From NCBI GenBank assembly GCA_963826115.1, contig CAWGVS010000005.1, positions 1,152,001 to 1,216,000 on the forward strand: a stretch of DNA of 64,000 nt, read 5' to 3'. Position 1 is the stretch's first letter; every line of letters starts with the position of its first letter. The stretch comes from an uncultured Candidatus Rokubacteria bacterium (GTDB lineage: Bacteria > Methylomirabilota > Methylomirabilia > Rokubacteriales > DASRDR01). This document shows, piece by piece, positions 46,275 to 54,138 of the stretch. The notes beneath the pieces are model-generated. The model had not been told where the DNA came from. It saw only the letters and a program-made list of their open reading frames with translations, and made no database searches. The position numbers were made by a program, and so were the translations under genes.

Positions 46275-47309
46275 ATGGCCGCGACGACGCTCCCCCTGAT
46301 CCCCTCCACGGTGGTCGGCTCGCACGGGCGCGCCGGGTGGTGGCATCTCGGCGTGAAGACCTGGGAGGCGGGCGAGATGGGCCCCGGCGACCTCGAGGAG
46401 ATGCTCGACGACGCCGCCGACACTGCCATCCGGGACATGGAGCGGGCCGGGGTCGACGTGATCACCGACGGCGAGGTCCGGCGGCTCGACGGCTACGTGG
46501 ACTCGTACTACGCGATCATCAAGGGCATCCGCCCGATCGACGTCCGGCGCAAGCTCGGCCCGTGGGGCTACGACCAGCAGACCCGCTACGAGGCGGTGGC
46601 CCGGATCGAGACCCCGGACGGCGGGCTCGGCATCGTCAAGGAATTCGAGTACCTCCGCGCCCACACGACGCGAGGGATCAAGGCCACCTGTGCCGGGCCC
46701 CTCACCTTCGGCTCTCGCATCCACCCCGGCGCGACCTACAAGGGCGTCGTCCAGGTCGCGGAGCGCTTCGCCGAGGTCATCAACCAGGAGCTCAAGGGGC
46801 TCGTCGCCGCCGGGGCGGACTTCATCCAGATCGACGAGCCCGCCCGCGGCCACGTGAGCGGCCAGGAGATGGCGCGGCTCTTCAACCTCGCCACCGAGGG
46901 CGTCCGCGCGCGGCTCGCCTTCCACGTGTGCTTCGGCAACCGCTTCGGCCGCTCGCGCTTCGACCGCACGTACCGGCCCTACTTCCCCGCCCTCCTCGAG
47001 GCGCGGACGGACCAGTTCGTGCTCGAGTTCGCGGGCCGGGAGATGGCGGAGCTCGACTTCATCGGCCAGTTCGCCCGCGAGGGACGGGAGCTCGGCGCCG
47101 GCGTCATCGACGTCAAGGGGTTCCACCCCGAGACGCCGGAGGAAGTCGCGGACCGGATCCGCCGGGTCCTCAAGGTCTGGCCGGCCGAGAAGCTCTACGT
47201 CAACCCCGACTGCGGATTCGGCTGGAGCCCTCGATACATGTGCAACGGCAAGATCCGGGCGCTGGCCGCGGGCGCGCGCCTGGTCCGGAAAGAGCTCGGC
47301 GCGGGCTGA
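46275..47309 (+). CDS. Cobalamin-independent methionine synthase catalytic-core family (MetE C-terminal half only)
   Basis: VVGS, ITDGE.RR, IQIDEP; Zn ligands FHVCFGN, LEF, NPDCGF. Confidence 0.88.
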   Translation: MAATTLPLIPSTVVGSHGRAGWWHLGVKTWEAGEMGPGDLEEMLDDAADTAIRDMERAGVDVITDGEVRRLDGYVDSYYAIIKGIRPIDVRRKLGPWGYDQQTRYEAVARIETPDGGLGIVKEFEYLRAHTTRGIKATCAGPLTFGSRIHPGATYKGVVQVAERFAEVINQELKGLVAAGADFIQIDEPARGHVSGQEMARLFNLATEGVRARLAFHVCFGNRFGRSRFDRTYRPYFPALLEARTDQFVLEFAGREMAELDFIGQFAREGRELGAGVIDVKGFHPETPEEVADRIRRVLKVWPAEKLYVNPDCGFGWSPRYMCNGKIRALAAGARLVRKELGAG

Positions 47310-47349
47310 GGCCGGCGCCGCCCCCACCACCAGGCATCCAGGAGGCCTC

Positions 47350-48381
47350 ATGGCACCCACGGGCACGATGCGCGCCGTCTTCTACCAGGGCGCGCAGACC
47401 TTCACGCCGGGCAAGGCGCCGATCCCCACCCCCGCCGCCGGCGAGGCGCTCCTCCGCGTCCTGCGGGTCGGCATCTGCGGGACGGACCTCCACATCTTCC
47501 AGGGGCACCTCGACAACCGGGTCCCGCGCGGCGGGATCATCGGCCACGAGACGTTCGCCGAGGTGGTCGAGGCGCCCGCGGGGAGCGCCGTCCGCGCGGG
47601 CGACCGGGTCGTCGTCGAGCCCGTCCGGTCGTGCGGCGCGTGCCGGGCCTGCCGGATCGGCGCCAGTTACCTCTGCTACAACCTCAAGGTCATGGGCGTC
47701 GATCTCCCGGGCGGGATGCAGGAGTACTGGCCGGTGCCGCTCGACCGGCTCATCAAGGTGCCCGACACGCTGACCGACGACCACGCGGCGGTCATCGAGC
47801 CCCTGGCCGTCGCCACGCACGACGTCACCCGGGCCGGCGTGAAGACCGGCGACGCCGTCATGGTGTTCGGGGGCGGCCCGATCGGGTGCCTCATCGCTCT
47901 CGTCTCCCGGCACCGCGGCGCCCGCGTGGCCGTCGTGGAGATCAATCCGTTCCGGGTCGACATGCTCCGGCGCCTCGGCCTCGAGGTCGTCGGCCCGGGC
48001 GTCGATCCGATCGCCTTCGCGAACGACTGGACGGATGGTGACGGCGTGGACGTGGCGTTCGAGGTCACCGGCCACCCCGGCCCGGTCAAGGCGATCACCG
48101 AGGTCGTCCGCGTCTGGGGGACGATCAGCATCGTCGCGATCCACTCGGAGCCGATGCCGGTGAACCTCCACCGCTTCTTCGCCCGCGAGCTTGCCCTCCA
48201 CGGGAGCCGGCTCTACACGCGCGCGGCGTGGGAGGAGGCGATCCGGCTGGGCGCCAGCGGCGCCGTGCCGCTCGCCCCGCTGGTCAGCCAGGTGATCCCG
48301 CTCGAGTCCCTGCAGAAAGGGATGGAGACGGCTCTCGCCGGCGGTCCCGTGATGAAGGTGCTCGTCGACGTGACGGCCTGA
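47350..48381 (+). CDS. Zn-dependent medium-chain dehydrogenase (sugar/sugar-acid DH-like)
   Basis: GICGTD, GHE, CGACRAC...C, EPLAV, GGGPIG. Confidence 0.9.
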   Translation: MAPTGTMRAVFYQGAQTFTPGKAPIPTPAAGEALLRVLRVGICGTDLHIFQGHLDNRVPRGGIIGHETFAEVVEAPAGSAVRAGDRVVVEPVRSCGACRACRIGASYLCYNLKVMGVDLPGGMQEYWPVPLDRLIKVPDTLTDDHAAVIEPLAVATHDVTRAGVKTGDAVMVFGGGPIGCLIALVSRHRGARVAVVEINPFRVDMLRRLGLEVVGPGVDPIAFANDWTDGDGVDVAFEVTGHPGPVKAITEVVRVWGTISIVAIHSEPMPVNLHRFFARELALHGSRLYTRAAWEEAIRLGASGAVPLAPLVSQVIPLESLQKGMETALAGGPVMKVLVDVTA

Positions 48382-48387
48382 GGGCGC

Positions 48388-48690
48388 CTAGTCCCGGATC
48401 GCCTCCTGGTACACCTCGTTGTAGGCCCGGTGGCGACGCTCGAAATCCGTCTCGCAGTCGCGAACCAGCCGGGGGATCTTGTGCCGCTCCCGGCACCGCA
48501 GGCGCTCGCTCGCCATCTCGTCCATCCGCGCGAGGGCCCAGCGGCGGCGCGCCTCCCGGTCCCTCGGGGGAGAGCCGGCCGCCGCGCCGTCGGCGTCGGC
48601 CGGGCGCGCTCCCAGCGGCAGCGCCGAGAGCAGCGCCGCCGCCGCCAGTCCTCGAATCAGGCTCCGTCGCATCCAGTCCCCGCTCGACAT
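48388..48690 (-). CDS. Small exported hypothetical protein, possibly Tat
   Basis: MRRSLIRGLAAAALLSALP.GA signal; helical C-terminus with two Cys. Confidence 0.55.
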   Translation of the reverse strand: MSSGDWMRRSLIRGLAAAALLSALPLGARPADADGAAAGSPPRDREARRRWALARMDEMASERLRCRERHKIPRLVRDCETDFERRHRAYNEVYQEAIRD

Positions 48691-48858
48691 GGCTCGTCCC
48701 TCCCGGCGGGCTCCGGTCACGGAGTCTCCGTCGCCGCCCGGGTACAGACCGTATCCCGGGCGGGGCACCCCGGGCCGGCGTGGAGGCCGGTCGTCGGGGC
48801 CGCGCTCGCGTGATTGCGAGCCGTGCCTCTTCCACGCCGTCGTCGGGCCCGCTCGAAG

Positions 48859-48874
48859 AGCAAGGGCCATGCCG
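48859..48874 (-). promoter_or_regulatory. Sigma54 promoter upstream of the small exported protein
   Basis: CGGCATGGCCCTTGCT = GG-N10-GC. Confidence 0.6.
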
Positions 48875-49048
48875 CGCCATTGGCCTTACGTTTGTCCACA
48901 CCAAGCGGACACCGGGCCAACTTTCTCGTTGCATGTCCGAGTGGTCGCTTCGACAATGGGCGGGCAGCACGGCGGCTGATCGGCCCCGGCGACACGACGT
49001 CGCCGAGACCACGAGGCCGGAGGAAGTGCGGCCGCCGAGGGAGGACAC

Positions 49049-49300
49049 ATGCCGCTCTATCTCGACATCCACCACAAGGTCGACGGGTTGACCGGCCCGG
49101 CGGTATCCGACGCCCACGAAGCCGACCTGCGCGTACAGCACAAGTACGGGGTGAAGTACCTCCGGTACTGGTACGACGAGGGCACGGGCAAGGTGTTCTG
49201 TCTCGTGGAGGCGCCCAGCAAGGAGGCCGCCGCCGCCGTCCATCGCGAGGCTCACGGGCTCATGGCCGACGAGATCATCGAGGTCAAGGAAGGCAGCTAG
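49049..49300 (+). CDS. DUF4242 (SCO4226-like nickel-binding) protein
   Basis: MPLYLDIH, AH.ADL.VQ.KYGV.YLRYW.DE..GKVFCL.EAP...A...VHREAHGL.ADEI.EV; GGAGG RBS. Confidence 0.88.
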   Translation: MPLYLDIHHKVDGLTGPAVSDAHEADLRVQHKYGVKYLRYWYDEGTGKVFCLVEAPSKEAAAAVHREAHGLMADEIIEVKEGS

Positions 49301-49321
49301 TCTCCCCGCCGCCGTCGCCGC

Positions 49322-52300
49322 ATGCGCTGCCCGCAGTGCCAGCACGACAATCCGAGCGGAGCCCGATTCTGTAACGCCTGTGGCCGCGCCCTCGTCGGGG
49401 CCTGTCGCGCTTGCGGGCACGTCAACCCCGAGGGCAGCCGCTACTGCAGCGAGTGCGGGCAGACCCTCGCCCCGGCCGGCTCGGTCGCCGCGGCGCCGCG
49501 CCACGACCCTCCCGGCGCACCGGCACCCGTCCACATCGCCCAGCGCGTCCTCGCCAGCCCCAAGACGCTCGAGGGCGAGCGGAAGCAGGTCACGGTGCTC
49601 TTCGCCGACATGAAGGGGTCCATGGAGCTCATGGCCGACCGGGACCCGGAGGACGCGCGCCGCCTCTTCGACGCCGTGCTCCAGCGCATGACCGAGGCCG
49701 TCCACCACTACGACGGCATCGTGAACCAGCTGCTGGGCGACGGCATCATGGCGCTCTTCGGCGCGCCCATCGCCCACGAGAACCATGCGGTGCGCGCCTG
49801 CTACGCCGCGCTCCGCATGCAGGACACCGTCGGCCGGTACGGGGACGACATGCAGCGGACGCTCGGCGTGCCCGTCCAGATCCGCGTGGGGCTCAACTCC
49901 GGCGAGGTGGTCGTCGGCGCCATCGGCAGCGACCTCCGGATGGAGTACTCCGCGGTCGGGCAGACCACCCACCTCGCCGCGCGAATGGAGCAGATGGCCA
50001 AGCCCGCCTCCGTGCTCCTCACCGGGGATACGCTGCGCCTGGCCGAGGGCTACGTCCAGGTGAGGGCGCTCGGCCCCGCGGCGGTCCGCGGCATGGCGGA
50101 GGCCGTCGAGGTGTTCGAGCTGATCGGCACCACGCCGGTGCGGACGCGCCTCCAGGTCGCCGCGGTGCGCGGACTCACCCGCCTGGTGGGACGCCAGGCC
50201 GAGCTGGGCCTCCTCCACCAGGCGCTGGACCACGCCCAGAACCGGCGTGGCCAGGTCGTGGCCCTCGTCGGCGAGGCCGGCGTCGGGAAGTCGCGCCTGG
50301 CCTGGGAGGTCACGCGCTCCCACCGGACGCGCGCCTGGCTCGTCCTCGAGGGGAGCGTCGGCTCCAACGGCAAGGCCACGACCTGGCAGCCCATCGTCGA
50401 CCTGCTCCGGGGCTACTTCCGCATCGAGGAGGGGAACGACGCCCGCACGGTCCGGGAGAAGCTCATCGGCAAGCTCATCGCGCTGGACGAGACGCTCCGG
50501 CCGACTCTCCCCGTCTTCGAAGCGCTGCTGGAGATCCCCGTCGAGGACCCGCAGTGGAACGGCCTCGATGCCGCCGAGCGGCAGCAGCGGACGGTCGAGG
50601 CCGTCAAGCGGCTCCTGCTCCGGGAAAGCGAGGTCCAGCCGCTCCTCCTCGTCCTCGAAGACCTCCACTGGATCGACGGCGCCACGCAGGCCCTCTTGGA
50701 CAGCCTCGTCGAGAGCCTCCCGGCGTCGCGGATGTTCCTGCTCGTGAACTACCGCCCGGAGTACCGTCACGACTGGGGGAGCAAGACCTACTACAGCCAG
50801 CTCCGCCTCGATCCCCTGTCGCCCGAGACGGCCGAGGGGATGCTCGACACGCTCCTCGGCGACGCGCCGGGCCTGGCGCCCCTCCGGCGCTTGCTGATCG
50901 ACCGCACGCAGGGCAACCCGTTCTTCCTCGAGGAGACCGTCCGCAGCCTGATCGAAGGCGGTGCCCTCGCCGGAACGCTCGGTGACTACCACCTCGCCAC
51001 CGCGCTCCCGACCATCCAGGTGCCCACGACGGTCCAGTCCGTCCTCGCCGCGCGCATCGACCGACTGCCACCCGACGACAAGCGGCTCCTTCAGCTCGCT
51101 TCGGTCGTCGGCAAGGACGTGGCGCTGCCGGTCCTCCGGACGATCGCGGACCTTCCCGAGCCGGAGCTCCAGCGCGGCCTGGCCCGGCTCCAGACGGCGG
51201 ACTTCCTCTACGAGACACGTCTCTTCCCCGAGCCCGAGTACACCTTCCGGCACGCCCTGACCCTGGACGTCGCCTACGGAACCCTGCTCCAGGAGCGGCG
51301 GCGGGAGCTCCACGGGCGGCTCGTCGACGCGATCGAGCGGCTCTACCCGCAGCGCCTCTCGGAGCACGCGCCCCGTCTCGCGCACCACGCCTTCCGCGGT
51401 GAGGTATGGGGCAAGGCCCTCGCCTACCTGAACCGCCAGAGCGAGACCGCCGCCTCGCGCTCGACCCTCGACGCCGCGCTCGGCAGCGTGGAGAGCGCCG
51501 AAAGCGCCGGGGCTCTCTGGTGGAGCGGTGAGCACGCGCGGGCGGCCGAGGTCGCCCAGCGGGATCTGGCGGTGGCGAGCGGATTCCGCAGCTTCGGCCT
51601 CAGCACCGTCGCGATGTGCCGGCTGGGCCAGACGTATCACACGTTGAGCGACTACGAGCGGGCCGCGGACTACCTCCGGCGCGTCGTGACCTCTCTCCAG
51701 GGAGAGCTCGAGCGCGAGCATTTCGGGATGGTCAGCCTGCCCGCCGTCTTCGCGCGGGCATGGCTCGGCTGGTGCCTCGCGGAGCTGGGCGACTTCGACG
51801 AGGGGGCCGCGCGCGGGAGGGAAGGGGTGGCCATCGCGGAGACGGCAGACCACGCCCACAGCCGGGGACTGGCGGCGTGGGGCCTGGGGACGCTCCACGT
51901 CGTGCGCGGGGATCCGGGACGCGCGATCCCCGTGTTCGAGCGCGGCCTGGTCGTGACGCGCATGGCGGACATCCCGCTCCTCTTCCCTTTCATCGCGGCG
52001 CCGCTGGGCGCGGCCTATACCCTCGCCGGCCGCGCGCACGACGCCTTGCCGCTCCTCGAGCAGGCCATGCGCCAGGCGACGTCGCTCAAGCTCTTCGCCG
52101 ACCGCGCCCTCTGGCTCACCTGGTTCGGGGAGACCCTCGCCGCCTTGGGTCAGATCGAGCGCGCAGGCACGCAGGCGGCCGAGGCGGTGACGCTCGCCGG
52201 GCTACAGGGCGAGCGCGGCAACCAGGCGTACGCGCGGCGGCTGGCCGCCGAGGTCGCCGCGCGGCGCGAGCCGCCCGACTTCGACTCCGCCCTCGAGGCG

Positions 52301-52510
52301 TACGGAGACGCGCTCCGCGTGGCTACCGAGCTCGGCATGCGACCGCTGGCGGCGCGATGCCGCCTGGGGCTCGCCGTGGCGCAGTACCGCACGGGAGAGC
52401 GGGCCTCGGCGCGGACGGAGGTCGCCGCGGCCGCCGAGGCTTTCCGCGAGATGGGGATGGCCCACTGGCTCGGCCGTGCGGACGCGCTCGAGAGCGAGCT
52501 CCGAGGGTGA
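49322..52510 (+). CDS. Double zinc ribbon, class III cyclase, STAND AAA ATPase and TPR protein
   Basis: CPQC..CNAC..CRAC..CSEC; GERKQVTVLFAD, GDG, LAAR; GEAGVGKSRL, LEDLHW, GNPFF; helical repeats. Confidence 0.92.
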   Translation: MRCPQCQHDNPSGARFCNACGRALVGACRACGHVNPEGSRYCSECGQTLAPAGSVAAAPRHDPPGAPAPVHIAQRVLASPKTLEGERKQVTVLFADMKGSMELMADRDPEDARRLFDAVLQRMTEAVHHYDGIVNQLLGDGIMALFGAPIAHENHAVRACYAALRMQDTVGRYGDDMQRTLGVPVQIRVGLNSGEVVVGAIGSDLRMEYSAVGQTTHLAARMEQMAKPASVLLTGDTLRLAEGYVQVRALGPAAVRGMAEAVEVFELIGTTPVRTRLQVAAVRGLTRLVGRQAELGLLHQALDHAQNRRGQVVALVGEAGVGKSRLAWEVTRSHRTRAWLVLEGSVGSNGKATTWQPIVDLLRGYFRIEEGNDARTVREKLIGKLIALDETLRPTLPVFEALLEIPVEDPQWNGLDAAERQQRTVEAVKRLLLRESEVQPLLLVLEDLHWIDGATQALLDSLVESLPASRMFLLVNYRPEYRHDWGSKTYYSQLRLDPLSPETAEGMLDTLLGDAPGLAPLRRLLIDRTQGNPFFLEETVRSLIEGGALAGTLGDYHLATALPTIQVPTTVQSVLAARIDRLPPDDKRLLQLASVVGKDVALPVLRTIADLPEPELQRGLARLQTADFLYETRLFPEPEYTFRHALTLDVAYGTLLQERRRELHGRLVDAIERLYPQRLSEHAPRLAHHAFRGEVWGKALAYLNRQSETAASRSTLDAALGSVESAESAGALWWSGEHARAAEVAQRDLAVASGFRSFGLSTVAMCRLGQTYHTLSDYERAADYLRRVVTSLQGELEREHFGMVSLPAVFARAWLGWCLAELGDFDEGAARGREGVAIAETADHAHSRGLAAWGLGTLHVVRGDPGRAIPVFERGLVVTRMADIPLLFPFIAAPLGAAYTLAGRAHDALPLLEQAMRQATSLKLFADRALWLTWFGETLAALGQIERAGTQAAEAVTLAGLQGERGNQAYARRLAAEVAARREPPDFDSALEAYGDALRVATELGMRPLAARCRLGLAVAQYRTGERASARTEVAAAAEAFREMGMAHWLGRADALESELRG

Positions 52511-53154
52511 CGCGTCGGACCCCCCACCTGGGGTCGCCGGCCGCGGCCGGCCCGGTACTTCCGCGGCGCTTCTACGAGCGGCCCGCTCCGCAGGTGGCCA
52601 GGGCGCTGCTCGGCTGCATCCTGGTGTCCCGGCTCGGTGGCACGCTCACCGCCGGGCTCATCGTCGAGACCGAGGCGTATCTCGGCCCCGAGGACGGGGC
52701 CTCGCACGCCGCGTTCCGACCGGGCTCGCGCTGGCTCTTCTACGGCCCTGGCGGGGTCGCCTACGTCTTCTCCGCCTACGGGGTCCACGCCTGCCTGAAC
52801 GCCATCGCCGGTCCGGCGGGCCGCCCCGGCTGTGTCCTGATCCGCGCGCTCGAGCCGGTCGCCGGGCTCGTCCGGATGGCGCGGCGGCGCGGGCGTCGCC
52901 TCCCGCCCCTCCCGACGCCGCGGACGCTGGCCGCCCTGTCGAGCGGACCGGGACGGCTGACCAAGGCGCTGGGGATCGGGCTCCGCGACAACGGCCGAGA
53001 CCTCCGGACCGGGCCCCTCCGCATCCACGCGCCCAGGACGGCGACGAGGCCCCGCGTGGCGGTCAGCCGGCGGGTCGGGATCACCCGCTCCCCGGAGCTG
53101 CCGCTGCGCTTCTGTCTCCGCGGCAGCCCCTTCGTCTCGCGTCCCATTCCCTAG
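52507..53154 (+). CDS. mpg: DNA-3-methyladenine glycosylase (Mpg/AAG family)
   Basis: FYER....VARALLG, IVETEAY.G.ED.ASH, AYV..YG.H.CLN, VLIRALEP, SGPG.L..ALGI, RVGI. Confidence 0.92.
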   Translation: MTRRTPHLGSPAAAGPVLPRRFYERPAPQVARALLGCILVSRLGGTLTAGLIVETEAYLGPEDGASHAAFRPGSRWLFYGPGGVAYVFSAYGVHACLNAIAGPAGRPGCVLIRALEPVAGLVRMARRRGRRLPPLPTPRTLAALSSGPGRLTKALGIGLRDNGRDLRTGPLRIHAPRTATRPRVAVSRRVGITRSPELPLRFCLRGSPFVSRPIP

Positions 53155-54047
53155 CGCCGTTCTCCCTGATTTGCCGGCAAGATAGCCGAGCCTGTCTGCG
53201 ACGCGGGGTTACGGAGTCCCCAGCGCCCGGCCTCGACCGCGGTCAGGAAGTCCAGAACGGCGCGGTTGAAGGCCTCCGGCTCCTCGAGGTTGATCGTGTG
53301 CCCGGACTTCGGGACCACAACCAGCCCCGAGCTCCGGATCTTCCGCTTCAGGAACAGGCCGGGCTCGAGGCACGGCTCGTCCTCGTCCCCGGTGACGATG
53401 AGGGTCGGCACCGTCAGCCGCTCGAGGTCGGCCTCGAGCTCGTAGACCGAGGGTCGCGTCAGCTGGACGCCCCGCATCGTGAGGCCGTGCCCGAGCGCCG
53501 ACTGCGCCGCGAACTGATCGTGGAACTCCTGCCAGCCGTGCGGGTCCTTGTCCCGGAACTGGACCCGCGTCGGGCCCTGGCAGTAGACGTCGGCCAGGAC
53601 GGCCATCGGCTCGTTCAGGAACCGCTGGGCGGTCGCGGCAACGTCGCGCTGGAACTGGGCCCGGTCGGTCGCCAGGCTCCCGTAGCCGCAGCCCGCGACG
53701 ACCAGGGACAGCGCGCGCTCCGGATGGCGGAGGCCGAAGTGGAGCGTCGCGTAGCCGCCCATCGACAGCCCGCACACGTGGGCTCGCTCGATCCCGAGGG
53801 CGTCGAGGAGCCCCCGGATGTCCTCCGCGGCGTGGTCCTGGGAGTACGCGCTCCCCTCGGTCGGGACGTCGGAGGGCGGGTACCCGCGCGCGTTGAAGGC
53901 GATCGTCCGGTAGCGCCGCGCGAAGAAGCGCGTCTGGAGGTGCCAGCTCTGCGCGTCCCCCGCGAACTCGTGGACGAAGACCAGCGGCACGCCCTGCCCC
54001 GCCTCCTCGTAGTGGAGCCGGATCCCGTTCACTGGCACTCGCGGCAT
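53151..54047 (-). CDS. Alpha/beta hydrolase
   Basis: FVHEFAGD, ARGYPPS, GLSMGG nucleophile elbow, GDED, GHTINLEEP. Confidence 0.9.
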   Translation of the reverse strand: MPRVPVNGIRLHYEEAGQGVPLVFVHEFAGDAQSWHLQTRFFARRYRTIAFNARGYPPSDVPTEGSAYSQDHAAEDIRGLLDALGIERAHVCGLSMGGYATLHFGLRHPERALSLVVAGCGYGSLATDRAQFQRDVAATAQRFLNEPMAVLADVYCQGPTRVQFRDKDPHGWQEFHDQFAAQSALGHGLTMRGVQLTRPSVYELEADLERLTVPTLIVTGDEDEPCLEPGLFLKRKIRSSGLVVVPKSGHTINLEEPEAFNRAVLDFLTAVEAGRWGLRNPASQTGSAILPANQGERR

Positions 54048-54138
54048 GCTCCCTCCCACGACCACGCTCCGGGGTCGGGCCCGGATCTTGACGTTCGTCG
54101 ACAAGACCACACTTCTGGCCGACTGACCCGCTGTCGGA

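Noticed and set aside
48960-49048. Multi-stem leader before DUF4242 as a metal-sensing riboswitch
   Set aside because: Pairings are short GC stems expected by chance at this GC content; no recognisable NiCo or yybP consensus.
48284-52039. 1251-aa antisense ORF
   Set aside because: Mirror of the STAND cyclase gene with no domain motifs.
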